The notes under the pieces are model-generated. The model was not told the DNA's origin and did not search any database. It saw only the letters and a list, made by a program, of their open reading frames with translations. DNA of 64,000 nucleotides from Sphyrna mokarran (lineage: Eukaryota). This document shows positions 24,950 to 37,776 of the stretch, in pieces. A program made the translations under genes and the position numbers. Numbering within the stretch: position 1 is the first letter of the stretch; the number at the start of each line of letters is the position of its first letter. The stretch is from NCBI GenBank assembly GCA_024679065.1, contig JAGIQG010000016.1, positions 12,710,001-12,774,000 of the forward strand, given 5' to 3'.

Positions 24950-27900
24950 TTTTTTTTCAATAAAATCCGTCAACTATGCCATGACATTATTCAAGTTTGG
25001 TGCAAATCTCTTTTAGAATCCTCTGTAGCCAAGAATCATTATATTTCCTTCTTCGAGGTGGAAAATGTGTAGATTGTCTTTATATTCACAATGGTCTCAT
25101 CAGTACATATCAAATGTTGTGCTGTGAGAATGTAATTTCTGCTACTCAAATTCTGCGTTTTGCCAAGTTAACGACGAACTTTGCCATCCATATCTTTCGG
25201 AGATCTTTGGAAGTTGTTCCATACGATCTTTACATGAATGGTTAAAGGTCGTTAACTACGTTATCAGTAAAATTAGCGAATGCAGCACAACTCTGTCTGT
25301 AACCCTCTGAGAAGTTTTTCGTATGTTTTTCAATCAGAAAGGGAATTAATTTAAATTGCTATAGCTCATTGAGCGTTGCAAAATCAGAAGCTTGTTTCGT
25401 TCTCACTGACAAAAGTACACAAAATATACCGTAAAATAAATCCAACTTTGTAATGTAAATGACTCGTCGTACATTTTATGAAAAAAAAACAATCTTCTGC
25501 TTTCGGATTAGATACGAATCCGTTTTTGTCTCGCTATTCAGCTTCCGATAAAATCCGTAGAGAATTAATGACTACAGTCGGGTTGGGAACAAACGCGATC
25601 AACAAACTCGATTCACCGTCACCTTGTTTCCGTTCCCTCATGTCTTCTTGGAACATCGCTTTCTGAACTTGCGTTGCTATGAGAAGATTAAACAGGTAGT
25701 TGTGTTGTTTTATCGGGACACCATTGCTTACTACAACCTCATGAATTATGTCCCTCCTCCTATGCATACTTTTTTTATAATTTTACGTAGGTCCTCTTAA
25801 AACTGTAACACATTTTTCAATGCAATTCATTGTTCCCGAAAGGGTAGCACATTATCCGATTCCATCCTTAATGAGTTCTTCATTATTCAATTTATTTTGA
25901 AGCACATCAAAATCCAAATTATCGGTGTTTGATTCCTCATGTTGAGTAGCACAAACAAATAACAATTTATCCAGCTCTCTTTCTCTGTCATAATACTTTT
26001 TTGCAGTGTGTTGACATGGTGCGCACTATATTTTTTTTTTCGAGTTGCCATCCTTACCAAACAATTACACAATAGAAACATATGCTCAACCTGATGGACC
26101 CACCACTAACTCATGCTTTCAAGTAATCTCTGACCACTGCTAGTAACTCTAAAATAATAGCCCTTGTAGCTAACCTACCAACTTTCGATGTACTATCTTT
26201 TTTATTGTTTCATTAGGTGATATTCCATCTTCAATTGTTGTCTAGGTAACCCGTGTACTCCGGCTAATCTTTCTCCCAATTCAGATACATAATGTAAATA
26301 TGACATAACCGATATTGATAAAAATATATTTTTAAGCCCCTCTTACTTCACGTCTGTGTATAAATTCTCGAGGACTAAACTGAATGGAATACTTTAGAGC
26401 ATCTCTCACAGCAAATAATATAAATATGAAACCTTTATCCCAATAATTTGTGGAATTATGATAAGAAACCCTCAGCATGATCGTAACCGTCTCATGGTAA
26501 CTTTTCAATGCTTCTTTGGATTCAAGGCAAAGAGTCTGATGCCTAATTTATACATGACCTCTTTAAGTAATTGGGCAGATAAATCGGAACCTTCGTCTGA
26601 CTGAATTCCCTTTCCTATCCAAAACAGTGAAGAAAGCGAGCAAGTCCTCCGCAATCTGATTTTCCTTTAATACCATACTGGAATTGACTCAGAATATTGG
26701 ATAGAGAAATCGATTACGCTAAGCAAAACATTTTTTTTTACATTTTAGAGGGCGGAAAAGCAAAACAAATTATTAACCGGATAAAATGTTCTTCAAATGT
26801 GGTAACTGGCATCAAAGGTGCGGGTATTTTCGCTGTTTGCATTTTTTCCGATTGAGATGGATGACAGGTACGATAAGTTTCAACAGCATTTGTATCTGAG
26901 CCTGAGGGTTCCTCACTCCTGGATGATATTCTGCATGTAATCCAATCGCTATTGGCAATAGTTCCGTCCGATTTCTACCGGCAAAGTCATCGGGGTAACA
27001 TCCTCCTATTTCTTACTTACACTAACCTGACAAGCTCTCTGTGTTGACTTGTTGATTTTATCCTGAAGGTAACAGCATTCTAGAAGACATTCTTGCTCAT
27101 TGTCCGTCGAGGCTTTACGGTATAAATAATTTTGCATCTGATTTATTTGTGGTAACTGCATTAAACTATCAGAACTAAAAACATCTGCCGGATCCTCTGT
27201 TGCTTAGCTTTCTCCCTTACCATGTCATCAAACAGCGTGTTCGCTATCTGACCCTAAACACCTTTATATTTTTTTCGTCTTTTCTCATGACCAGTTTTAA
27301 CGAATGGCTGTGGGATGTTGTCACACAGTTCGAAAGAAAATGTTCCAAGATATGTTTATTTTACATCCTCGTTTCCAAAGTATTATTTTGGCTTTTCCAC
27401 TACAAAATGCATTAAATGCTCCCGTGATCCAGCTTCATTATTATCATGAATAAATGTATTCCTGAAATAGCATTCATTACCGTCACTCCGACTGTATTTT
27501 CCCCAGTGTTGGTTGGACTTTCTAACATTACCTTACACAATGATGTCTACACTTCTCTCTCTTCTCTCATAGATTTCCACTCTAGCGCAATATTTAAGAA
27601 ATAATGCAATTATTCCTATCTCTTACTATCAAAATAAGAGTAGTTTTCGTATCGCTCAACATCTTAACTTTTTCACCTACTCTCCCATTCTACATGAGTG
27701 AATCTCACCACGCAGTGGAAACTTTTGACATACTGAAATCTTTGAACTATTTTCCACTGTCCTGGGTTTTCTTCACACATGATAACCTGTTCCCAGTATT
27801 ATCTACTTTTTTTTTCATTGAAGAATCTCCCTCTTTGCCAATTTCTATGCCCTGTGGAATGACATTTTTGTTTTAGTATCTTGCCTAAAATGAATTAATC

Positions 27901-29200
27901 TGCCATCTTCGCAGTGCTGCATGCTATTCAAAATTTATTTCCTTAACAGAAGTATTTATAATTTCGAAAATGAGTTCGTAATTACCTCCAGCAGAATAAT
28001 ATTATGAAGAGCGTCATGTGTGGTTTATTTTTGTAATAATCTCACTCGACTAACAATATTGATTTCTTTAATCCTTTCGAACTTGATGTAATTCTGACGT
28101 ATTCTTCTCTTCCATTTCTGAACCGTTGTAACATTTTTTTTTTCCTTTGTATCGTTTCGTGGGCACTTAGAGTAGCCTTTTTAACGGTGTCATGTTCTTC
28201 TGAGAACTGCGTCTGCAACACATCAAAAAGCTCTGTTGCCCTGCCTAAGAATTTGGCACGAATAAATATTATCCACGCCTCCTCTGATCATTCCATATGT
28301 GACCGCAATTTCTGAAAGGAAATTAAAAAAAAAAATCTTCTGTATTGTTTGCGTCTCATTTTGGTAATGTTTAGACAAATTTGCATATGGGCCTACTCGC
28401 CAATTGTCTGCCATCATTTTGTTCATCTATTCTAATTTGCATTTTTACGTCTGGCGTTTGAAGTATCTTCGCTTTAAGTTCCAACTTTGTATTTTCCAAC
28501 TCCAGCATTTCGCCTGTTTTTCATTTCCTTTTCTTACGACTCCAGCTTTTTAAGTTCAAATCCCAATACCAATTGGTTCACTTCCAAATTTTTATTTGTG
28601 TAACTCCACTGCAGGTTTGAATATCTGTTGTGCAAAGATGCATGGCTTAGCCCGTTAAGTTTTCAGCTTTCTTAATATCTCTAATTAACACAAATTTTAA
28701 AGTTATTTGTTAATTCTACAATGTTCATGGTTCCTGACTGTCGGAACTTGCTCGAAAAAATTATGCAACATCTTCAATCGCCAGAGACACTTTAGCAATA
28801 TTAAGAGACATTCCCCCGCTTTCCATTTAAGCAAAATTAAGCCACAAAAGTTAAACAGGTTTTCCCATTCTTGCTTAATGTTAACTTTGAGACCTAGGAC
28901 TGTTCAAGTCCCAGATCTGAGCGTCCAATCTCCTTTCAAACATTGGTTGTTCCCTCCTTTCAGAACTAACATTGAAACATTCAAATTCTCACTCTACGAC
29001 ATTTAAAAAAAAGATATGTGTGAAGTGGTATGGCATGCTTCAGCATTGTTTAGTAGCTAAGTAAAAACCTTAACAACCCTTCTAAAAACAACACATGACA
29101 ATTTATTTAGATAACTAACAATAAACTAATTAACTAAAGTACGAACACACAAAACAGCTCCATTCTAACTCTTAACAATATCCGATTATGCAAGATTGTA
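24950..29200 (-). mobile_element. Decayed Gmr1-like Ty3/Gypsy LTR retrotransposon (gag-PR-INT-RT order)
   Basis: Minus-strand motifs in order: PBS-like sequence (28903-28927); protease-like 'VKMLSDT..TLI' (~27620-27670); integrase 'HPGVR..AQI', 'YRTCHPSQ...PAPLMPVTTFEEHF' (~26770-26950), 'IQSDEGSDF' (~26580-26610), 'FSP..F..REVRG' (~26340); RT 'PIKQHNY', 'RKLNSETKTDSY' (~25510-25720), 'QFKLIPF.LKN..TSQR' (~25300-25370). Many stops and frameshifts. Confidence 0.85.
28903..28927 (-). other. Degenerate tRNA-Pro primer-binding-site-like sequence
   Basis: Reverse complement TGGACGCTCAGATCTGGGACTTGAA resembles TGGGGGCTCGTCCGGGATTTGAA (complement of the tRNA-Pro 3' end) and lies just upstream of the gag-like region. 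Confidence 0.55.
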
Positions 29201-30819
29201 ATTGCATGCTGTTGGAATCAATAGAATTTCCATTCATTTGCAAATATGACATATCGACAATGTTTAAATTGCAACCGGATTTCCGTTCTTTCAGAATATT
29301 ATTCCGGGTTTATTGTGTTGATTTTTCAGTCTGTTTTTTTTCACCTTTTTTCTTACCTTCATTTCTGAATGGCATTTTCTCGAAGATACAGATGAAGCTA
29401 TGAGAACGATTGATTCTCTCACTAGAGAGAGTTGAGATCAGTGAGCTCTTGGCACTGGAATGTGGCCGTTACTCTATTCTCTTTGTCTACCGTCCCATTG
29501 TTTTATACCGGCGATGGCATAACGATAATTCTCACAGTAGAATCGGCCCTCGACTTTCAAAGCTAATAGATGTAAATGCATTCGTTTCATTGTATCTAGT
29601 TGTATGAATCAGACTGATTGGCTAAATTCAAAATCATGTTTCGTGTTGAGAAGAGATGCTTGGCATTTCCTGTTAACATTTATCGAATTTGGGTTCACTG
29701 CATACTCCTATTTTATAATTTTACATTCACCAAATTCGAAGTTCGTAGCTCTCAGTCTACACTTTCTCCACCCTCCTTCGCAAAAAAAAAAATACAATGA
29801 TCCTATCGTTCGGAAATGCAAAACAATATTACAGCAGCGAAACTTTAAGGTCCAAATTTAGACCGATGTAAGGAGACAATCCGTCTCCTTACATGATGTC
29901 CGTTAGCCCGTCAGATTCATATTCAAAAATAATACTGCATAATATTTCATCGAATGTAATTGGCGCATAAATATAAAAGACGTTTGATCAGCAATGTAAT
30001 ACAAAACACTGCTTGCAGGAAAGTGGAGTAAATGAAACAATCAGTTCAGTCAAATTGCTATTGAATAGCGAGGCAGAGTGAACCGGACAAATATCTGTAT
30101 TGTATGAGGCTTTTTTTTTTAAACCTGATCAGACATATCTTTGCTTTGATTTCAGTAAGATCAGATGACAACAATATTAAGCCTCGTCATAAGCAGTAAT
30201 ACCGCCAAAGAAACCTGATTGGCGGGAATTTCAACTTTCTTTGGGCATATTCACGGCACACTCCGTGCAAATTGCTTTCGTGTGAACAGTAGTTCTCCGC
30301 AATTGACCACATCATTTCACGGTTTACTTGCATACTTGGGATATCACAAAGTAATTGTCATGTTAAAAGCTGGGCGCCGTTAGGAACGAATCGAAGGAGC
30401 ATTAAGTTGCCATTCGCTCTGGTGTTGCATCTTGCTGCCCAGACAACTTCCATCGCTTCCACAGCTCAAAATGCAATTGATGGCTCCTAAATTTGGAGTG
30501 GCGAGATGAATTACGAAACATTACCCGTTCTCTGTTCCAGAAACCACAGATCTGCAAATTTGAAGTGCACAAACGCATAAGGAAGAAACATAAATTAAAA
30601 TCAATTCAAAGCCACTTCAAAAATGCGAAAACGCAATTATTTGTTTTTTGTCCCCTTTGATTCAATATTTTTTTTTGTTTCACATAAGAAAATGCCCTTC
30701 AAAGGAAATGTCTCAGTTTTTTTTTTGGATCAGAGTATTATGTGAAGCAGAAATGCCTTATATTTTAAAACATAGAGACCGAAATTTGAGTTTTAAATGC
30801 TCCATCGTTTCTTTTTGGT

Positions 30820-30973
30820 NNNNNNNNNNNNNNNNNNNNNNNNNNNNNNNNNNNNNNNNNNNNNNNNNNNNNNNNNNNNNNNNNNNNNNNNNNNNNNNNN
30901 NNNNNNNNNNNNNNNNNNNNNNNNNNNNNNNNNNNNNNNNNNNNNNNNNNNNNNNNNNNNNNNNNNNNNNNNN
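30820..30973. other. Assembly gap (154 N)
   Basis: Run of N. Confidence 1.
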
Positions 30974-33900
30974 GTATAATTTTCCAGATATCCAAAACGT
31001 CACAATATCTGGAATCATGAAATAGTGCATTCCACTCAATTGCAACAGTAGCTATTTATCAGCAATTTCAGTGCCAATAGAGACTACTGCAATCGGGGAG
31101 CTAATTTTAGTTTGCAATCGGTAGGAGACTTGAACAAACATCCCGGTTGTTGCTTGCTTGTTCGTTTTTAGCCAAGACTTTCACATTGCTAGAGCAAGCA
31201 CAGTTCTTTAACTTTAAAGATGCCTTCTTTCTTGACAGATTTGGAACTCAAATCATTCAGACAACTGATCCCTGAGCCTAACGTGTCCTTGCTTTCTCGG
31301 TATACGCATTGCTGATTCAGTTACTTGGTGACCTATTGGGATTGCAATGCAGCTGAACGTAAATGTTATATAATATCCGTCTTCCCTCTAGATAGACAGA
31401 TGGTCGATTTTTTTTTTGTTATAGATGATTTTCATAAAATTTTCGGACGTCAAGTAGCACAGAATGCAATCAATTCGATTTTGTACATGACGAATCCAGA
31501 TTAGAATTGATGATGTATAATCATCACTTTGAATGTGCAATTTAGGACAGAATGTCCTGCTCCCGGAAGATTATCTCCTGCCCTATCGTGAGCAGAATTC
31601 CACCGCCGCAAACTTCCAGCATCGCTCAGTTCTGAGGTATATATGCAGCGAGTCAAAGTTGCATGGACTTCAGTACAAATGCACTCCTTCATGCTAGCAC
31701 TTGTCAAATATTTAACTGGCGACAATTACAGTGAAGCCGACCACATTTCCGAATTTCAGTTCTTCCCTCTTCCTTTACCGAACAGGCGAGAGAATTTTCA
31801 ATAACCCAAGCGCAATTTCAGTCATGAGTTTATTGCTGAACAAATTCCAGTTTATAATGCAATAAATCACACAGTCCACCATTCCTAAGATGACTGGCAG
31901 TGGATCAAATGGTTACGTTATCCTCAATTAGTCGTTTATGCCTCAAAAATGATGTCCCCACTTTTGTCTACAGGATATATTACAATATCGTGCACGTTAG
32001 CCACATGACTGTTTCGTGGGTGCACTCAAATGGTTTTGTCACAGTTTTGCTATTCAGTGATCGATCACTTACATCTCTGCTGAAATTTTTTAGATACGTT
32101 GCTTATATTAGCGGGTCATTTGTAGTTAAATAAATGAAATATTTCGATGAATCTACCACAAAATAGATGTCACAAAACATCCACTTTACGTTTCTTCTTA
32201 TTTCTCGTCCGGCTGAATGTTTCTTATAAGGAGTATCATTTTAAGGGAAAACATTTACATTAAAAGAGGAATGATGTTGAAAATGTTTCATTTATTCAGG
32301 CCCAAATTTTCTTTGTTAGCTAGATGTAAATGGAGATTGGAATTCTCGGTACTGAACAATTAGTGCACATGCTCACGTCAACGCATTGCAGATTAGGTAT
32401 GCTGTATTTAGGTTGCACTCGAACTTATGTTTTCGTTAATATCAGATGCAAATCAAACATTCGAAATGTTACGTATCCCATTGCATTCCCAAATTGCCTG
32501 TTTTAACTGCAGACAGTTCTTTAGTTGCAGGTGAAATAATATATTTTGCACACTCAATCTACGAAAAAAAACAGTTCTTTCATTAATAGGTCTTGATATG
32601 GGAAATGCTTGGTTTTATGAAATTTTGTAGTTCTAGATCCAGATTGTCTATTTGGGAATGCTTTGGAAATGACTTGACGTTATGTTTTCATCCTTAAACA
32701 GATATGGAACGTCAGACATAGCTGCACGCGATCAGTGTCGCATTTTGGTCGAGTAGTTGTTTCAGAGACTTGATAGCAATAACAGATTCCAACTGCTACA
32801 CATTGCAATGGCCGTTTGTTTACAAGAGCCAGTCTGTTTGAATTATGCAATCACATAAATATTTCTCCCTGCGTACAAGGTCCATGCGACTTAAATTTAA
32901 ATTATTATGTTCCCTCGGGTTGGAAGGTTCGTAATGTAATTTTAACACATAAAATTTTGAAATATGTCTGAAATTAAAGAGGGAAAATATCTTTGGGTGA
33001 GGATTTAACAGCCAGCGAACATAAATAAACCACCGTTCAAACTATGGAGTACTTCATTTATATTTGTTCAGGTCTGTTGTTTGCAACAATTGCATCGACA
33101 CAGAGGGTGAAAAGGCCTGTTCCTGTGCCGAAGATTTATTTTCTTTGTCATACCAATTTCTACTGAAAGGGAAAAAAAAAGGTTTTTTTTTAGTATTATT
33201 TGGTGAGAATTTTGATGATCCGGAAAGTTAGATGAAAGATGCTGCTCTGTAGCTAAAGTATAAATATAACATTTCGGCACTGAACAATCACTTATATTGT
33301 TAATATAAAATACTTTAATGGTTGAAAAACGTGGCATTGAAGATACAGAAAAAATGCTAAAAGAATGTTGAGAGGATCTAATGTTTCAATTTTTTTCTTT
33401 ACCTTTTTTATTAGCAGATGTATTCATTACGTGAACGCTGGAAGAGAAGGACACATTTTGCGTTCGCAAATTCAATTCAGTTGATTTATTGCCAGTTCCT
33501 TTAATCTGGGTAAATTATGAAGTGTAGATATTTGGAATGGAGAATAGAAGCTAAAACATAGATACAGTTAAACTATCAACGATGCACATCTCTCAACTGA
33601 TCAAAATGCCATTTTCAAGCGTTGCAACACTGGCAATCGCGTAAAGTGGGGAATTTTCATGTTAGTGTATGCAAACTGGCACCTTTCCGCCTTAACTGCC
33701 ACATTGATAGGGTGCATGATGAAAGTATATTTTAAGCCTGGTAATATAATAGCCGGGAATGAAATTACACAGAACCGAGGAGTTAAACGTATTATGCGTC
33801 TCAATATCAAGATTCTAGAATTTATTTACTAGTAATGAAACAGTACTTTTTTTTATGGACAATCTCTTGGCTTTTAGACACTGAGTCTGGTCGTTCACAG

Positions 33901-35389
33901 CCATATATCACGTTTTTTTTAAAAAAAAATTAAGCAAGCAATTTTTTACAGAATATTAGATCGGACATTTGGTATGATATCACAGTTATTGATGTAGAAT
34001 CTGCACAAAAGGGATTTTTTCACAAAAAAATGACTCTAGAATCAACACGAAGTAAATATAATGACTACGGAATTAAATAAGGAAAATACAAACAACAATA
34101 TACTGTTATTTGAGGCATGCCGCAGGGATGACCCAATCAAAGAATAAAGTACAAAATTTTATTCTGAGTGAATAGTTGCCGGGAATTTTACACACTCCAG
34201 GATTTATTTTGCCAAAATTTCCGGTAAATTTCCATCACGGTAATGCTTCACTGTCGGAGATTAGAGAATGGATTGGTGCTGATACGAATCGACAGCGTGG
34301 CGAGGACATAGAGGGGTTCAGAGAGAAAAAAAAAAGTTGACAGTTTTCATGTGAAGCCAGAAAACCAAGAGCACTAGGGAAGGTTCTTATGGGAAACAAC
34401 ACAACTGATTTACTTGTTCACCAAGTGTTCTGGCATGATGGAAAACAACGCGTCTTCGATGTTTATAATAAATTAGAAACAAAAAATGTTGGGAAACCAG
34501 TCTTTTTTTTAAGTACCTTAAATAAAATGACAGGACATTCACCGTTATTGGTATGTTGTCACCTACATTTTCAAGCATTTTGAAAATTTTATCACTTTTA
34601 AATGAATTTTCAATTTTCTTCAACTCTTCGGAATTAAACATTCAACCAGCTAGAATTTCGATCCGTAGTGTATCTTACAGCTTGAATGTAAACATACGAC
34701 TGAAATGTATCTATTTATCCCAGATTTCAAAGAAAATGTGCTTGTATTATGAAAAATATCCTGCAATTTGTCTTCAAGAGGATTTTCCATCTTACAAAGA
34801 GACTACGTACAATTCGTTAATTAATCATTTCCCGTGTCTACTTCTAATGCTCACACAGATCATCAAATAATAATAAAATATATTGTGCTTTGAATCGCTC
34901 GTGTCCTGGGTCTTCACATACAACGGTGCAGACATGCTTGGCGAATTTTCAATAACGATTGAACTGAATGTCATATACGTTCAAAAGAATTGACTACTGA
35001 CGCGGCTTGCTGTCATCGTTCATTTTAGGGCAACTGTTTGTCGGTGTAACAGGAAACAGAGTTCATAAGGAAACTGGTGTCCACAAACATATCAAAAGTT
35101 TGCGTTTTGTGTTCCTATTCTTCCTATTTATGTTACAATTCTCTCTCTATATCAGAGGCAACACCCCTCAGACACTTCTGACACTATTCATAAATTCCAT
35201 TTTTTCGTGTACAATTTCTCACTTCTCCCGTAAATCCGAAATTGTGATGCGAGACGGATGGCATAATCTAGAGTAGGCTTTAAATATGTGTGCATTTTTA
35301 GAAATGATAATCAAAATAAATGGTGGTACAACCTCTTTTGGTGACTTTTCGGCAAAAAGTAGAAATGTGAAGAATGAGCACACGTAGGA

Positions 35390-35535
35390 GGAAAATGAAG
35401 CAATGCTAGAGATCTGTAGAGTTGTGACGTTGGGAAGTTTAATGACAGAAATCAGGTTCTGGAAAATATCCGAAAAAAACGGGGAAAATGTTGATGGATT
35501 CGAAAGAATACGTGCTGAGTGGAGAAATGAAACTT
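35390..35535. mobile_element. Penelope-like terminal repeat fragment
   Basis: 'gcaatgctagagatctg...tctggaaaatatccgaaaaaaacggggaaaatgttga' shares a motif with similar fragments at ~50890-50960 and ~56855-56960. Confidence 0.4.
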
Positions 35536-35727
35536 GAAAGAAAAGGAAAATAGGCATAAGAATTTTATAACATCAAAAATGGTGTTTTTTTCTCCCCTGG
35601 AATGCAAAATGCAACCCCATATTTTAAGATCCTGCATGCGGCTATATCGGCTGCAGTGCACATTGATTAATTTATTGATTTTTTTTCCCCAAAAGATGAG
35701 GATTCTAGCAAGATATCCGTTGATGGA

Positions 35728-37776
35728 GTGATATCGCAATTTCTAGGTACCATTAAAACTGATAAATCTCCGGGGCCTACTGGCATTTATCCCAGGCTGC
35801 TTAGGGAGGTGCGAGATGAAATTGCTGGGCCTCTAACGCAAATCTTTGTCTCTTCCTTGGACACAGGTGAGGTCCGAGAGGACTGGAGAATATCTAATGT
35901 TTTACCGTTGTTTAAAAAGAGTAGTAGAGGTAACTCTGTAAATTATAGGGCGGTGAGTTTGATGTCAGTCGTAGGGAAGCTGTTGGGAGGGAGTCTTAGA
36001 GGTAGGATGTATAGGCACTTAGAGCGTTGCGATCTGATTAGGGATACGCAACATGGATTTGTTAAGGGGAGGTCGTGCCTTACAAATCTGGTAGAATTTT
36101 TTGAGGAGGTGACGAAAACGGTCGACGAAGGGCGAGCCGTTGATGTCGTCTATATGGATTTTATTAAGGCGTTGACAAAGTCCCTCATGGAAGGTTAGTT
36201 GAGAAGGTCAAGGCTCAGGGGATACTAGGACAGGTAGCTAGATGGATATGTAACTGTCTTGGTAATAGGAGACAGAGAGTAATAGTGGAAGGGTGTTTTT
36301 CTAGCTGGAGGTCGGTCACTAGTGATGTGCCGCAGGGGTCGGTATTGGGACCTCTTCTATTTGTAATATATATATAAATGAGTTGGAAGAGGGAGTAAGT
36401 GGAGTGATCAGCAAGTTTGCAGGCGATACAAAGATGGCTGGACTTGCGGATAGTGAGGAGCATTGTCAGGCGATGCAGCAGGACATAGATACGCTGGTAG
36501 CTTGGGCAGACAGATGGCACATGCAATTCAATCCTGATAAATGTTAGGTGATGCATTTCGGGAGAAAGAATGTAGGGGGGAGGTGTATGACAAAGGGTAG
36601 ACCTGTTAAGAGTATAGGAACGCAGAGGGACCTGGGGGTGCAGGTGAACAAGTCTCTGAAGTTGGCAGAGCAAGTGGAGAAGGTTATGAAGAAAGCATAT
36701 AGCATGCTAGCCTTTATAGGAAGGGGTATAGAGTACAAGAGCTGGCCTTTAGTGTTGCAGTTGTATAAATTTTGGTTACACCTCATTTGGAATATTGCGT
36801 CCAGTTCTGGTCGCCCTACTACCGGAAGGACGTGGAGACTCTAGAGAGAGTGCAGAGGAGGCATACGAGGATGCTGCCTGGTATGAAAGGTCTGAGTTAC
36901 GAGGAGAGGTTAGGCAAATTGGGACTGTTTTCCTTAGAGTGACGTAGACTCAGAGGAGATGTAATAGAGATGTACAAGATTATGAGGGGTATAGATAGAG
37001 TAGACAGGGTTAAACTCTTTCCTAGGATGGACTCGAATAGCACGAGGGGTCACGGGCTTAGGGTGAGGGGGGTAAGGTATAATTTGGATGCCAGATGGAG
37101 TTTTTTTCACACAGAGGGTGGTCGGGGTATGGAATGCGCTGCCATGTAAAGTGGTGGAGGCAGGTACTCTGGAGTTATTTAATAAATACTTAAATGGACA
37201 CATGAACAGAATGGGAACGGAGGGGTATAGAAAACTGACTTAAAGTAGGGATCGTGAGCCTTGGGAGTCCCTGGGAAGTGTGTAAATAGATGATGATATT
37301 GATGTACTTGTTTTTATCCTACAGCTGCTTTGGCCCACTTTGTTGTCTAACGAGGGGCACACACGCGATGGGTCGTGAGAGGGCTGCTCTAGGATTTTTT
37401 TTTTTCGAGAGTATCCTAGTGCTTCACGTCGCTAGTGTACGCTTGACTTGGACTGGGCAACACGACAGCTCAGTGACTATCGCTGTCCTATGCAGATAAA
37501 TGGAATTGGGCCTGCGTCTGTGGAAGTTTGCGCATTCTCCCCCTGCTTGCATGGGTTTTCTCCGGGTGCTCCGGTTTCCTCCCACATCCCAAAGATGTGC
37601 TCTTAGGCTAATTGGCAAAACAAATTCTCCCTAAATTGTCTCAAATTTGTTTTTTAATCCATAGGTCTATAATCATGGACAGGGATCCCGGGTAGAGATG
37701 GGAACATCGAGATTGCGGCGCGGGCTCGTTGGGCCGAAGGGCCTGTTTCCCGTGCTGTTTTCTTCTTTGTTCTTTG
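35728..37776 (+). mobile_element. 5'-truncated CR1 LINE (RT domain, frameshifted) with long 3' UTR ending in a V-SINE
   Basis: ORF 35728-36198 contains 'KSPGPTGIYPRLLRE', 'QHGFVKGRSCLTNLVEFFEEVT', 'VDVVYMDF'. Downstream are '[12 protein letters not shown]', 'KFAGDTK' and 'FFTQRVVGVWNALP'. ORF2 ends near 37240; the tail is (ttctttg)n at 37763-37776. This is the best-preserved element in the window. Confidence 0.97.
37455..37776 (+). mobile_element. V-domain SINE portion (HE1-like) of the composite element
   Basis: 'gtttgcgcattctccccctgcttgcatgggttttctccgggtgctccggtttcctcccacatcccaaagatgtgc' is the V core, followed by the tail 'gggctcgttgggccgaagggcctgtttcccgtgctg'. Confidence 0.92.

Noticed and set aside
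37455-37520. tRNA gene
   Set aside because: It is a tRNA-derived SINE head without a B box or cloverleaf; the same applies to the other SINE heads.
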